Both the position numbers and the translations under genes were made by a program. Positions 25,218 to 37,006 of a stretch of DNA of 53,958 bases are shown one piece after another (position 1 is the stretch's first letter; every line of letters begins with the position of its first letter). The notes below the pieces were generated by a model. The model had not been told where the DNA came from. It worked only from the letters and a program-made list of their open reading frames with translations, and ran no database searches. Source of the DNA: Minisyncoccota bacterium. Its GTDB lineage: Bacteria; Patescibacteriota; Minisyncoccia; Phycocordibacterales; PALSA-1337. Location of the stretch: assembly GCA_035495115.1 (NCBI GenBank), contig DATJGJ010000014.1, positions 1-53,958 of the forward strand, written 5' to 3'.

Positions 25218-26681
25218 CTATTTCTCATTCAAAAAATCCTTACCTGCTTTGAAAAGGGCTTTTTCATCACCATGACGGGCAGTCAGCTGCAGTCCGATAG
25301 GCAATTTTTTGCTTTCTTTTTCAACTTCGCCGCACGGGATAGAGATTGCAGGAAGTCCAGTGAGATTCGCGGTAACCGTGAAGATATCTTCGAGATACAT
25401 AGCAACTGGATCAGCAGTCTTCTCCCCCATCTTGAAAGCGGGAGATGGTGCCGTCGGCGTGGCGATGAGATCGACAGATTCAAATGCTTTGAGGAAATCA
25501 TTCGTGATCATTTGGCGCACCGCATTGGCACGGTTGTAATAAGCATCATAGTAGCCAGAAGAAAGAACGTAGGTGCCGAGCAAGATGCGGCGGATGACTT
25601 CTCTGCCGAAGCCAGCGCGACGCGTTTCAAAATAATCTTCAATGACATTTGCGCCATCTTTGTGGAGGCCATATTTCACGCCATCGAAACGAGCCATGTT
25701 CGAAGACACTTCTGCAGGCATGAGGACATAGTAAACCATCAATGAATATGAGATGTTCGGCAATGAAATATCTTTTATCTCATATCCTATTTTTTTGAAT
25801 GATTCGATAGACTCATTGAAAGCAGCGAGCACTGCAGGGTCGATGCCGTCTCCTTTGAGGAAGTCTCGAGGCACGCCGATAACGGGCTTTTTATTTGTGG
25901 CATTCGTATGTATTCGTGTATTGGTGTCATACGTCTTTTCATCAATTGTTGTTCCATCCTTTATATCTTTACCCTTGATCGCATTGAAGACAATTTCGGC
26001 ATCGGCAACAGTATTGGTGACTGGACCGATCTGATCGAGTGATGAACCCATAGCCATGACACCATAGCGCGAGACAGCGCCATAGGTAGGCTTGAGACCG
26101 ACGACACCACAAAAGCTCGCTGGCTGACGGATGGAACCGCCAGTATCTGAACCGAGTGTAAAAAGCGCTCCTTGCATGGCTACTGCAGCGGCTGAACCAC
26201 CCGATGAACCGCCAGCTACTCTGCTCTCATCGTGAGGGTTTTTTGTCGGGCCGAAAGCCGAATTCTCAGTGGATCCGCCCATAGCGAATTCGTCCATGTT
26301 CAAACGACCAAGAAATACCGCCCCCTCGGCTTTGAGCTTGGCGATAACAGTTGCATCGTATGTAGCATGATAGTTCTCAAGAATCTTTGAAGCAGCACTA
26401 GCGATATGTCCTTGGATAAGGATGTTATCTTTAACGCCGCATGGAATACCGCAAAGGAGAGGAAAATCTTGGTTATTGTTTCTTGCTTCTTGTATCTTTT
26501 GATCCGCCTTCTTTGCCTGATCGAGCACATCTGCAAAAACCTCAAGATACGCATTGATAGTCGGGTTTCTCTTTTTGATCTCATCGAGATATGCCTGAGT
26601 CAGTTGTACTGAAGAATATTCCCCTTTCTTCAAGGCTTCATGCGCTTTCTGTATGGTGAGTGTTTTGAGGTCTATGTTCAT
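25218..26681 (-). CDS. gatA: Asp-tRNA(Asn)/Glu-tRNA(Gln) amidotransferase subunit A
   Basis: VKDNI, NMDEFAMGGSTENS, GGSSGGSAAAV, GSDTGGSIRQPA. Confidence 0.97.
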   Translation of the reverse strand: MNIDLKTLTIQKAHEALKKGEYSSVQLTQAYLDEIKKRNPTINAYLEVFADVLDQAKKADQKIQEARNNNQDFPLLCGIPCGVKDNILIQGHIASAASKILENYHATYDATVIAKLKAEGAVFLGRLNMDEFAMGGSTENSAFGPTKNPHDESRVAGGSSGGSAAAVAMQGALFTLGSDTGGSIRQPASFCGVVGLKPTYGAVSRYGVMAMGSSLDQIGPVTNTVADAEIVFNAIKGKDIKDGTTIDEKTYDTNTRIHTNATNKKPVIGVPRDFLKGDGIDPAVLAAFNESIESFKKIGYEIKDISLPNISYSLMVYYVLMPAEVSSNMARFDGVKYGLHKDGANVIEDYFETRRAGFGREVIRRILLGTYVLSSGYYDAYYNRANAVRQMITNDFLKAFESVDLIATPTAPSPAFKMGEKTADPVAMYLEDIFTVTANLTGLPAISIPCGEVEKESKKLPIGLQLTARHGDEKALFKAGKDFLNEK

Positions 26682-26726
26682 ATTATTTGTAGCATTCGTG
26701 CGCTTATCGTAGATTCATATTACGTT

Positions 26727-27017
26727 TTATTGTTCTATCATTTTCTTGACTGCGATAAAGTCCCCCTCTCGGTCAGGCGCCTCGTTGAGCAGTCCTTCTC
26801 GATCAGCAGGGCTCGTCGAATGGACTTCATCTGGTCGCGTCACGTTCTTCACTGCGCCGACGCGGCCTTCCGTATCGAGCGATACATCTACTTTCTTGAG
26901 CTGGTCGACATAATTCAAAATAGAATCGAATTCTTTGACGAGCGAGCTCTTATCGGCATCAGTGAGCTTGATACGCGCGAGAGTTGCGAGCTTTTCTAGT
27001 TCTGCAGGAGTTATCAT
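26727..27017 (-). CDS. gatC: Amidotransferase subunit C
   Basis: LEKLATLARIKL...ILNYVDQL..VD; directly upstream of gatA. Confidence 0.92.
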   Translation of the reverse strand: MITPAELEKLATLARIKLTDADKSSLVKEFDSILNYVDQLKKVDVSLDTEGRVGAVKNVTRPDEVHSTSPADREGLLNEAPDREGDFIAVKKMIEQ

Positions 27018-27136
27018 GGATTGAAGTGTAACAGGCTCTCACCTTTCATTCAACAGGTTGACGCGAGGTGAGTTTATCAGGTATGTTGTGGGATAAATAA
27101 CCGTAGCATGCCAACAACTTCATATTGAAAGGAATT

Positions 27137-27460
27137 ATGCCAATCATACCAAAAGACGTCATGCGGCATTTGCTCGTTGATGATGAAATTTTCGAAAAAT
27201 CCTTCGAGCCTGACGCTAAAAAGACTTTCCTTTGGCGTCTCAAATATCAGCCCGAAGAGATACTCGCTGATATCACCCCCTGTGTCCCTGTCGCTGTTAA
27301 AAGCGTAACGAAAAGTTCGCTCATCATAGCCGACCAAGACGCACATTCTGCAGCCGAGGAAGTCATCGCTGCTTTGAAAGAAAAATTCAAGGATGAGCTT
27401 GAGTCAACTACGCCTGACTCGGCACCTCAGCGCCAAAGTTTCTATTGCATCAAATCATAA
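27137..27460 (+). CDS. Hypothetical protein, 107 aa
   Basis: SD AAAGGA before ATG 27137; own terminator follows. Confidence 0.6.
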   Translation: MPIIPKDVMRHLLVDDEIFEKSFEPDAKKTFLWRLKYQPEEILADITPCVPVAVKSVTKSSLIIADQDAHSAAEEVIAALKEKFKDELESTTPDSAPQRQSFYCIKS

Positions 27461-27469
27461 CAGTTCGCG

Positions 27470-27493
27470 CCACGGAAGCAATTCCGTGGTTTT

Positions 27494-27495
<2 letters not shown>
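27470..27495 (+). terminator. Rho-independent terminator
   Basis: ccacggaa-gcaa-ttccgtgg followed by TTTTTT. Confidence 0.8.
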
Positions 27496-29605
<2,110 letters not shown>

Positions 29606-29644
29606 TCACCCCAAGGGTAGACCTTGAGGGTAGACCCCAATAAA

Positions 29645-30208
29645 CTACTGGAATAATGTATAACGGAGGGCGCGCTCTACTTTGCGAGGACCAGTGATAC
29701 CGCAATCGCCTGTTGGTATAGAGCCACCTTGTGAAGCCTTGCGCCACCCAATGTTATTGCCACGAGAATCTATCTTGGTCACCAAACCCAGCGTTGCATC
29801 GATATACTGGTTAACTATGACCGTCGCGCAACTCGCGGCACCTGACTGATTTTTTTCACCATCAGTTTGACCGCCTGTACCCGTAAACATGACGAATGTT
29901 GTAGTGTAACTACCCGAACCATTTGAGACGAGTTTCGCCTGGAACTGTGCATTACCGCATGATATGTTGTGCGGATTGTTGCTGCCATCAAAAGATGTAG
30001 TAGCGAGACCATTGGTTGTATTGTACAAATTTTCGAGAGCACACTCGAGACCGCTGTCAGCAGCATAAAAAGCGTAGACGGAATCGCGTGCTGACGAAGA
30101 GAGGATGGCCTGCTTACGACTCACTGACAAGATGAAAGCAGCGATGCTCAATACAAGCACTGAGACAATGACGGCAAACAAAAGCGTGTATCCTTTTTCT
30201 GATTTCAT
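29645..30208 (-). CDS. PilX-like minor pilin
   Basis: KGYTLLFAV (no Glu5), AFYAADSGLECA. Confidence 0.8.
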   Translation of the reverse strand: MKSEKGYTLLFAVIVSVLVLSIAAFILSVSRKQAILSSSARDSVYAFYAADSGLECALENLYNTTNGLATTSFDGSNNPHNISCGNAQFQAKLVSNGSGSYTTTFVMFTGTGGQTDGEKNQSGAASCATVIVNQYIDATLGLVTKIDSRGNNIGWRKASQGGSIPTGDCGITGPRKVERALRYTLFQ

Positions 30209-30209
30209 A

Positions 30210-30782
30210 TTAGCGAGTAGTATTAGTCATGAGCTCTTGTAAACGAATCTCATTTGGGATTGATCCATCTGTCCACTGTACGATAACTGTCACTATTGTT
30301 TCTGTACTGCCGTCGCCTACTGGCGTAAAGTAAAAATAACGCATAAACGGACTCGCATGGTATGAACCATTCGGCGTACCAGAAACTATTGGATAGTAGT
30401 AGTTTATTGCAGCATTGACTGACAGCTGGCATGTCGACGTTATATCACACTGCATAACATTTGCGTTCTCTAAACCACTACTGTAGTAACTTGGCACATC
30501 AGGTGTCGTGCACGGATTGTTTTTTGAAGTACATGAGCTATAGTTGAGTCCTTTGAGCCATGGAGTTCCCGTAACTGAAGCATTATTATCTTTGATATTT
30601 TTGATCGACTCCATACCATCCTGTGCGAGATACGTTGCGATCATAGCATTGCGCGACCCAAGCGCGGCAGTGAGAGCTTTATTGGCGACCGTGAGCGGTC
30701 CTGCGATAGCAACCATGAGGATAGCGATGGCTACGAGCGTCTCGACAAGAGTAAAACCTTTTTGTGTATGTTGTGTATTCAT
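30210..30782 (-). CDS. PilV-like minor pilin
   Basis: QKGFTLVETLVAIAIL, ATYLAQDGMESIKN; start ATG 30782. Confidence 0.85.
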   Translation of the reverse strand: MNTQHTQKGFTLVETLVAIAILMVAIAGPLTVANKALTAALGSRNAMIATYLAQDGMESIKNIKDNNASVTGTPWLKGLNYSSCTSKNNPCTTPDVPSYYSSGLENANVMQCDITSTCQLSVNAAINYYYPIVSGTPNGSYHASPFMRYFYFTPVGDGSTETIVTVIVQWTDGSIPNEIRLQELMTNTTR

Positions 30783-30786
30783 ATGA

Positions 30787-31449
30787 TTATCCTTGTGAGC
30801 GCTCAGATATGCTCGTCTGGACATCAAAGACCGACTGATCTTTGACCTTTGTGCCTACATATCCATAGAGACGGATGAAAACCCAGCTATACGGCGTCGA
30901 TCCAGTACCGCCGTACACACCCACTTTATAATCCTGGATTTTCACACCACTTGAAGTGACTGGAAAGAATGGTGCACTATTGCCGCCAATGTTGATGCCT
31001 TGGCCTGTAGAGGTTTCCTCTGCTTTGAATATAGTCACTATCCCATCTGATGATACATGAAACAGATATGCGTAGACGAGTTCACCACCTGAAGGATCAG
31101 TATTTGAAGGATTGAAAGAAATGATAGCATCGCCTCCCGTACCTGAACTACATGTGCCATTGAGGTTGCTTGGCGTATTGGTATATAGATCAGGACCTGT
31201 GACGCACTTAAATGCCGTACCCACGCGCATTTCACGACTGATAGCATCGAGTATAAAACTGACATTGTTCACCCCTGACTGTATCGCTTGCGCTTGCTTG
31301 TTGGCACTGGTGACACGGACGAGTGCACCAACCGCTATGACTGCCACGATAGAAAAGATACCGAGAGACACGATGATCTCAATGAGAGTGAAGCCTCGTT
31401 TTTTTTCAACTATTTTTTTATGTATAGGCATTGAGTGGATCATAGGCAT
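30787..31449 (-). CDS. PilW-like minor pilin
   Basis: KRGFTLIEIIVSLGIF, ILDAISREMRVG. Confidence 0.85.
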   Translation of the reverse strand: MPMIHSMPIHKKIVEKKRGFTLIEIIVSLGIFSIVAVIAVGALVRVTSANKQAQAIQSGVNNVSFILDAISREMRVGTAFKCVTGPDLYTNTPSNLNGTCSSGTGGDAIISFNPSNTDPSGGELVYAYLFHVSSDGIVTIFKAEETSTGQGINIGGNSAPFFPVTSSGVKIQDYKVGVYGGTGSTPYSWVFIRLYGYVGTKVKDQSVFDVQTSISERSQG

Positions 31450-31452
31450 GTA

Positions 31453-32052
31453 TTAGTTACCAACTGATATTTGTCCGTTCTTTCTGATATAGACGACTTC
31501 ACTGTGACTGTTATCAGCTGAGGTCAGAGTGATGAAAGCTATAGGCTGGGTGTTAAGTCCAGGGGTACCGTTCGACGTCACGGTGAATATCGCATTCGGG
31601 TTTGGACGTTTGTATGTAACATCGAGAATATCATTTGGCCCAAGAACATTTGAACCAGTACAATTATCGATGGTTGTAGCGAGGCATATCTGGGTGATTT
31701 TTGCTCCTTGAGTGATGGCATATGTCGTGATTGCTTCCCCACTACCAATGCCGTCATATCTGTTGGCATTTGATCCTGAGTTACTGATATCAGCAAAAAA
31801 AGTGAAGTGTGTCGTATCATTGCCTGCAAAATCGATACCGTATGCAGCATTAAAGTTATCTGTGCTCGCATCTGCACTCTTTACGCTCAAACCATATGTC
31901 TGAGCTGTGCGAATCGTCAGAGCCATATCATATGCAATGTTGGTGAGGAGCGTACCTTGGTTGAAGCTACCATAGCGAGCGATGACAAGAGCAGTCATTG
32001 CGGCGAAAATCGCGATAGAGATGATGAGTTCAATGAGAGTAAATCCTTTCAT
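31453..32052 (-). CDS. FimU/GspH-like minor pilin
   Basis: MKGFTLIELII, IRTAQTYGLSV; TATAAT 6 nt before ATG 32052. Confidence 0.85.
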   Translation of the reverse strand: MKGFTLIELIISIAIFAAMTALVIARYGSFNQGTLLTNIAYDMALTIRTAQTYGLSVKSADASTDNFNAAYGIDFAGNDTTHFTFFADISNSGSNANRYDGIGSGEAITTYAITQGAKITQICLATTIDNCTGSNVLGPNDILDVTYKRPNPNAIFTVTSNGTPGLNTQPIAFITLTSADNSHSEVVYIRKNGQISVGN

Positions 32053-32059
32053 GTGCATA

Positions 32060-32878
32060 TTATAGCGCGAGATTACTGACATACGACATGATAATATCTT
32101 TCAATAAGTGAATATCGATGACTTGGATATGGAATAGGAGCACGAGATACATACCAAGGATGAGATATGGCCCAAATGGTATCTCAATGCGCGGCTTGAA
32201 CTTTTTGTGTGTAGCGAGGAGCCAGATGACTGAGACCGCTGCTGCAAGCCAGAATGCGAGAACGAGAGCATTGATGCCCGCGCTCACACCCAAGAGCCAA
32301 CCAATGCCGAGCGTGAGCTTTGCATCGCCGAGACCCATCCATGCGCCGCGAGAGATGAGCCAGAGAAAAGCGAAAGGGACCGCGAGGACTGGTCCAGCGA
32401 TGAGCATCTCGACTGTAGGGATATGCCACCACGAGCTGCCGCCGATGCACAAACTAAGGAGAGCTATTATACCAAATGAATAGACGAAACCGTCAGGGAT
32501 AATCTTGTGCTTGATATCATAGACCGAGATGACGACGAGCAGACATGCGATAGCGAGTTGGAAAAGCGTCACCATGCCCGCAAGCGGATCTACTGGAGGA
32601 TACGCAAAGAAAATAAGGACGAAGATAGCTCCTGCAATGAACTCAACGAGTGGATACTGCCATGAGATCTTGCTCTTGCACTTGCGACATGAGCCTTTTT
32701 GGACCGCGAAGCTGAAGAGAGGCACAAGCTCTTTCCAAGTCAGCGATGTGCCGCATGACATACACTTTGATCTGCCCCCGAGCCCCATACCAGTATTGAA
32801 TCGGAGCGCCACCACATTCAAGAAACTTCCTACGACCGTACCGAAGATGAATGAAAGTATGAGGGAGAGAGTATCCAT
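32060..32878 (-). CDS. pilD: Prepilin peptidase
   Basis: GSFLNVV..R, CMSC..CRKC, YDIKHKIIPD, MGLGDAKL, IPFGPYL. Confidence 0.95.
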   Translation of the reverse strand: MDTLSLILSFIFGTVVGSFLNVVALRFNTGMGLGGRSKCMSCGTSLTWKELVPLFSFAVQKGSCRKCKSKISWQYPLVEFIAGAIFVLIFFAYPPVDPLAGMVTLFQLAIACLLVVISVYDIKHKIIPDGFVYSFGIIALLSLCIGGSSWWHIPTVEMLIAGPVLAVPFAFLWLISRGAWMGLGDAKLTLGIGWLLGVSAGINALVLAFWLAAAVSVIWLLATHKKFKPRIEIPFGPYLILGMYLVLLFHIQVIDIHLLKDIIMSYVSNLAL

Positions 32879-32881
32879 GGA

Positions 32882-33403
32882 TTATTTTGTGCTTATGCAG
32901 TAGTCAGACTGATATGACGTTGAGTCGTAGCAATGCCAGCTTGGCGCACTTACACTATTGACGCTCAAGAAAGTACTGAGTACGTCATTCGAATAACTAT
33001 TTTGTTGAGGTGCGATGTTTTTATTTTCAAGAAGCGCGTGCAGGACGTAGTCAGTCTGATTTGTATTGATTAAATAATCATACACATTCCCTGTCGAAGG
33101 ATCTTTTGGAACAACTGAAATGTATGAGCCAAAGGTCACGCCCGCTGCGCAGCCTTGGCTCGTATCCAAGCTTGTCGGATACTGTCCGCAACGATCAAAA
33201 TATTGTTCGAGAGCGAGTTGGATCTGATTGATATCAGAGACGCGCTGCGAATCGCGAGATTTTGACTTTGATGCAGTGAGACTGGTAACGATGATGCCTG
33301 TGAGGATGGCAATGATCGAGATCACGATGAGGAGCTCAACGAGAGTGAATCCACGACGCGCTGAATTGTTAAAAAACGAAGTACGAAAGATATTGAATTT
33401 CAT
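32882..33403 (-). CDS. Type IV pilin (GspG-like)
   Basis: RRGFTLVELLIVISII, SRDSQRVSDI.QIQ.ALEQY, VPKDP. Confidence 0.9.
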   Translation of the reverse strand: MKFNIFRTSFFNNSARRGFTLVELLIVISIIAILTGIIVTSLTASKSKSRDSQRVSDINQIQLALEQYFDRCGQYPTSLDTSQGCAAGVTFGSYISVVPKDPSTGNVYDYLINTNQTDYVLHALLENKNIAPQQNSYSNDVLSTFLSVNSVSAPSWHCYDSTSYQSDYCISTK

Positions 33404-33461
33404 GAGTAAATTATAACGTCAAATGAGGATTTATGGAAGCATGCTTACATGAAATCCGAAT

Positions 33462-33491
33462 GCAGACGATATATGAGCGCAGCGAATATAG
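33462..33491. repeat. 30-nt dispersed repeat, copy 2, inside an imperfect IR
   Basis: Matches 4084-4113; contains GAGCGCAGCGA; flanked by ggaagcatgct/agcatgactttcc. Confidence 0.6.
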
Positions 33492-33507
33492 CATGACTTT
33501 CCATATG

Positions 33508-33539
33508 CAAACCACCCGCTCACTCGAGCGGGTGGTTTG
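33508..33539 (-). terminator. Hairpin after the probable major pilin gene
   Basis: Perfect 14-bp IR caaaccacccgctc/gagcgggtggtttg. Confidence 0.7.
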
Positions 33540-33558
33540 GTAAAATGTTAATTTTTAA

Positions 33559-34092
33559 CTATTTACACTGCACTTTACTTGTACTGTCTGTGCCATATGT
33601 AGGCCATGTTCCAGATGTGTTAGTGAGAGTTCTTCCTGAAGAATCAACACACTGGTAACCTGCGTTTGTTCTTGCATAAATAGCATAATCAGTAGTCTTT
33701 GTACCGGCACCACTGGTACTTGTGAGAATCAACGCACCCCAAGTTGTTCCAGATGTTGGAATAGAAGCTGATGTAAATTTACTTGTTCCACCGTTCAATG
33801 AATTGATATCCCCAAGAACAGTTGTAAGATTTACTGCACCGGCAGCCGCATTTGTCGTTGTTGCGACTGTAGCTGTGCCACTAACCTGAATATCAGGATA
33901 ACCCGCACCATCAAAATCAGCTTCGAGCTGGTTTCTTACTTGGTTGAGTTCAGTTTGTATACGTGCATCACTACCCTTTTGGCGTGCTGAGTTCAAAGAA
34001 ACGAGAACGACTGATGACAAAATACCGATAATAGCGATAACGACGAGCAATTCGATGAGGGTGAAACCTCCTTTCTTATTCATTTTCTTCAT
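33559..34092 (-). CDS. Type IV pilin, probable major pilin, Ser/Thr-rich
   Basis: KGGFTLIELLVVIAIIGILSSVVLVSLNSARQK, C-terminal Cys pair; own upstream TATAAT and downstream hairpin. Confidence 0.9.
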   Translation of the reverse strand: MKKMNKKGGFTLIELLVVIAIIGILSSVVLVSLNSARQKGSDARIQTELNQVRNQLEADFDGAGYPDIQVSGTATVATTTNAAAGAVNLTTVLGDINSLNGGTSKFTSASIPTSGTTWGALILTSTSGAGTKTTDYAIYARTNAGYQCVDSSGRTLTNTSGTWPTYGTDSTSKVQCK

Positions 34093-34221
34093 TGTAAATA
34101 AAGTTTACTAATAAATTTTCTAATAAACAGACCTTTGAGGGGTTGTTGGGGTTATTATACCACTGCCAGAAAAAGCAAGTAAAATCAACGTGGGGATAAC
34201 ATATCTTCCCTTCCAAAAATA

Positions 34222-35433
34222 CTACTGCGTACTAGCGATGTTATATATAGGAATGAGCACAGAAGCCAACAAAACGGCCACACCTCCACCGAGCATGACG
34301 ATCATGAGTGGTTCGATGAGTGATACAAGCGATTCGACTGCAGTTTCTACTTCACGAGCATAGAAATGTGCTACTGTTTTCAAGATACTACCAGACTCAC
34401 CTGTCTCTTCGCCGACTTTCATCATTTGGACCATGATACCTGGGATCTCACTAGGATTGTTCGATAGAGACTCTGAGAGCGTCTTACCTCCTTTTACTGA
34501 CTCAACGGCAGATGTGATGATGCCTTCGTATATCCTATTGTTGACGACATTTGAAGTGAGCTCGAGCGCGCGGACCATCGGTATACCTGAAGCGAGCATA
34601 GTCGACATGTTGTCTGATATACGCGAAAGATACAGCTTTTTATAGAGTGAACTCACATATGGTATGTGGAGCTTGAAGCTATCAAAAGCAATATGCCCCT
34701 GAGGTGTACGGACAAAGCGGATAAGGAAGAAACCGACGACAATAGCGACAGCAAGTAAGATAAAACCATACTGGACCAAGAAGTTACTGATACCCATGAT
34801 CACTTTTGTATACGAAGGTAGATCGCCGCCATTTTCAGTGAGGATCGCGCTGATTTTCGGGATAACCACGGTGAACATGAGGATCATGACTGTCATAAAG
34901 GTAATGACGATGAATGCTGGATATATGAGCGCCCCCTTGACCTTTGACGAAAGCTCGTATGCACGATCGAGATAGTCCGCGAGATACTGGAATGTTTGAT
35001 CGAGCTTACCAGACTCCTCGCCCGCCTTGACCATACTGACATAAAATTCTGAGAAGACCTTTGGGTGCTTTGAAAGCGCATTTGAGATAGAGCTACCTGA
35101 CTGCAGATCGTCAGCAATCTCAGTCAATTTTTTCGCAAGGACCTGATTTTCAGTCTCGCCGCCGAGCAGACGGAAGACGCGGAGGGCCGAAACCTGAGCC
35201 TCAAAGAGTGTCGACAGCTGACGCGACAGGATGACCACATCCTTGTTCGAAACACGATCAAAGATGCTCAGATTCATCGACAAGATAGAGTTTGATGCAC
35301 CTTCCTCATGGATCGAGGTGAGGACGAGACCGCGGCGCTGAAGAGACGCAATCGCAATGTCAGTGTTCACTGCATCTATTGATCCAGTTCTTTTGGCCCC
35401 TGTTTGATCGACTGCTTCGTAGTTAAATAACAT
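34222..35433 (-). CDS. pilC: Type IV pilus platform protein PilC
   Basis: AGEESGKLD, ALIYPAF, MMKVGEETG, LIEPLMI. Confidence 0.95.
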   Translation of the reverse strand: MLFNYEAVDQTGAKRTGSIDAVNTDIAIASLQRRGLVLTSIHEEGASNSILSMNLSIFDRVSNKDVVILSRQLSTLFEAQVSALRVFRLLGGETENQVLAKKLTEIADDLQSGSSISNALSKHPKVFSEFYVSMVKAGEESGKLDQTFQYLADYLDRAYELSSKVKGALIYPAFIVITFMTVMILMFTVVIPKISAILTENGGDLPSYTKVIMGISNFLVQYGFILLAVAIVVGFFLIRFVRTPQGHIAFDSFKLHIPYVSSLYKKLYLSRISDNMSTMLASGIPMVRALELTSNVVNNRIYEGIITSAVESVKGGKTLSESLSNNPSEIPGIMVQMMKVGEETGESGSILKTVAHFYAREVETAVESLVSLIEPLMIVMLGGGVAVLLASVLIPIYNIASTQ

Positions 35434-35479
35434 AAGATAAGTATAAAGGTATAAAGTGTGAAAGTATAGAGTATAAAGA

Positions 35480-36538
35480 CTAAATCATTCTCTCCAGGTT
35501 CTTTGGATTGAGAGAGTTGAGATATGCGCTCTCCACACTGATCTCACCGGTACGAACAAGCTCGGCCAATGAACGGTTGAGATCAATCATGCCCTCTTGT
35601 GAACTGGTCTCGATGACTGTATTAATCTCATGAGTGCGTCGTTCGCGGATAAGATTTGAAACTGCATTGTTGTTTATGAGCAATTCATATGCAGGGATGA
35701 GGCCGCCAGAGATACGAGGGATCAGACGCTGCGAAAAGATGCCCGTGAGTGAGCCAGCGAGCTGGACGCGAATCTGGTCTTGTTGGTTTGCAGGGAATGA
35801 ATCAATGATACGATCGATCGTTTGTGCTGCATTGTTCGTATGAAGCGTTGAAAAAACGAGGTGACCAGTCTCAGCTGCGGTGACCGCGGTAGCGATAGTC
35901 TCGGTATTGCGCATCTCACCGACCATACACACATCGATGTCTTCACGGAACATAGCTGAGAGCGCATCAGGAAAATCAGGCGTATCAAGTCTAACTTCGC
36001 GCTGATCGATGATGGATTTCTTTGATTCAAAAAGATACTCGATCGGATCTTCGATGGTGAGTATGTGCTCTGTGCGCGTCTGGTTGATAATCTCGACGAG
36101 AGCGGCGAGCGTTGTCGTCTTGCCTTGACCGATCGGACCCACTACAAGAAAGAATCCTTGTGGCTTGCGCGTAAATGTTTCGAGGATAGGAGGCAACTTG
36201 AGCTCAGCCAAAGTGCGTATACCCTTTGGAATGAGACGGAGGGCGATCGCAAGGCTTCCCTGACGGTAGAAAACGTTGCCGCGGAAGCGCGCATGAGGCA
36301 TGTTATATGAAAAATCGACATCCCTCTTTTCTTCCAAGATCTTTTTATTTGGCTCTGACAAAAAAACATTGACGAAGCCTTCGAGGTCTTTTTCGGTAAG
36401 AGCAGCTCGTTTGACGAGTGGTATCAACTCTCCTGATGAACGTATAACAGGAGATCGTCCAACCGAAAGATGCAGGTCAGATGCATTTTCTTTGATTATC
36501 AAATTGACTAATTCTTCGATCTCTTTTTTGTATTCCAT
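35480..36538 (-). CDS. pilT: PilT-family pilus ATPase
   Basis: ASDLHL, Walker A GPIGQGKTT, TIEDPIEY, VGEMR, AAETGHLVFSTLHT, AVSNLIRE. Confidence 0.92.
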   Translation of the reverse strand: MEYKKEIEELVNLIIKENASDLHLSVGRSPVIRSSGELIPLVKRAALTEKDLEGFVNVFLSEPNKKILEEKRDVDFSYNMPHARFRGNVFYRQGSLAIALRLIPKGIRTLAELKLPPILETFTRKPQGFFLVVGPIGQGKTTTLAALVEIINQTRTEHILTIEDPIEYLFESKKSIIDQREVRLDTPDFPDALSAMFREDIDVCMVGEMRNTETIATAVTAAETGHLVFSTLHTNNAAQTIDRIIDSFPANQQDQIRVQLAGSLTGIFSQRLIPRISGGLIPAYELLINNNAVSNLIRERRTHEINTVIETSSQEGMIDLNRSLAELVRTGEISVESAYLNSLNPKNLERMI

Positions 36539-36568
36539 AATATTTTCTATTTACTATTGCTAATTGCT

Positions 36569-36979
36569 TTATACTTTCTTGCTTGCAGTTATTTTTTCGA
36601 CTTGAGCGAGCACTTCGGAAGGAATAGTCGTCGCTTTGACGATATATCCGTCGACATTGAGCTTTTTTGCTCGCGCAATGTCGTCAGACGCACCTTGGTT
36701 TGTCAGCATGATCACAACCGCATGAGGCGCGAGCTGATCTCGACGAAGACTAGCTACAAATTCCAAACCGTCCATTCCCGGCATAACGATATCTGACAGC
36801 AATACATCGGGCACATATCCATCCTTGACCAACTTGAGCGCGACTGCTGTCCCGTCTGCTGTTTTGACCTCATACCCTGCTTTACTGAACTTGATAGCAT
36901 ACATATCCAACAAAAATTGATCGTCATCTACCAGCAGAACTTTTTTATTTGGTGAGGTAGTTGGAATATCCATATGCAT
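36569..36979 (-). CDS. Stand-alone response regulator receiver domain
   Basis: LLVDDD, DIVMPGMDG, LTN, YIVK. Confidence 0.93.
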   Translation of the reverse strand: MHMDIPTTSPNKKVLLVDDDQFLLDMYAIKFSKAGYEVKTADGTAVALKLVKDGYVPDVLLSDIVMPGMDGLEFVASLRRDQLAPHAVVIMLTNQGASDDIARAKKLNVDGYIVKATTIPSEVLAQVEKITASKKV

Positions 36980-37006
36980 TATTATAATTCATTCGCATGT
37001 AAAGGG

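Noticed and set aside
27077-27346. Minus-strand 89-aa ORF
   Set aside because: The overlapping plus-strand ORF has an SD and its own terminator and is preferred
34188-34200. DnaA-box-like gtggggataac (similar motifs near 27088 and 41684) as oriC
   Set aside because: Isolated, imperfect boxes with no cluster, no unwinding element and no dnaA nearby
36100-36150. PilT Walker A variant GPIGQGKTT as a sign of inactivity
   Set aside because: GxxGxGKT is intact and the Walker B and His boxes are present
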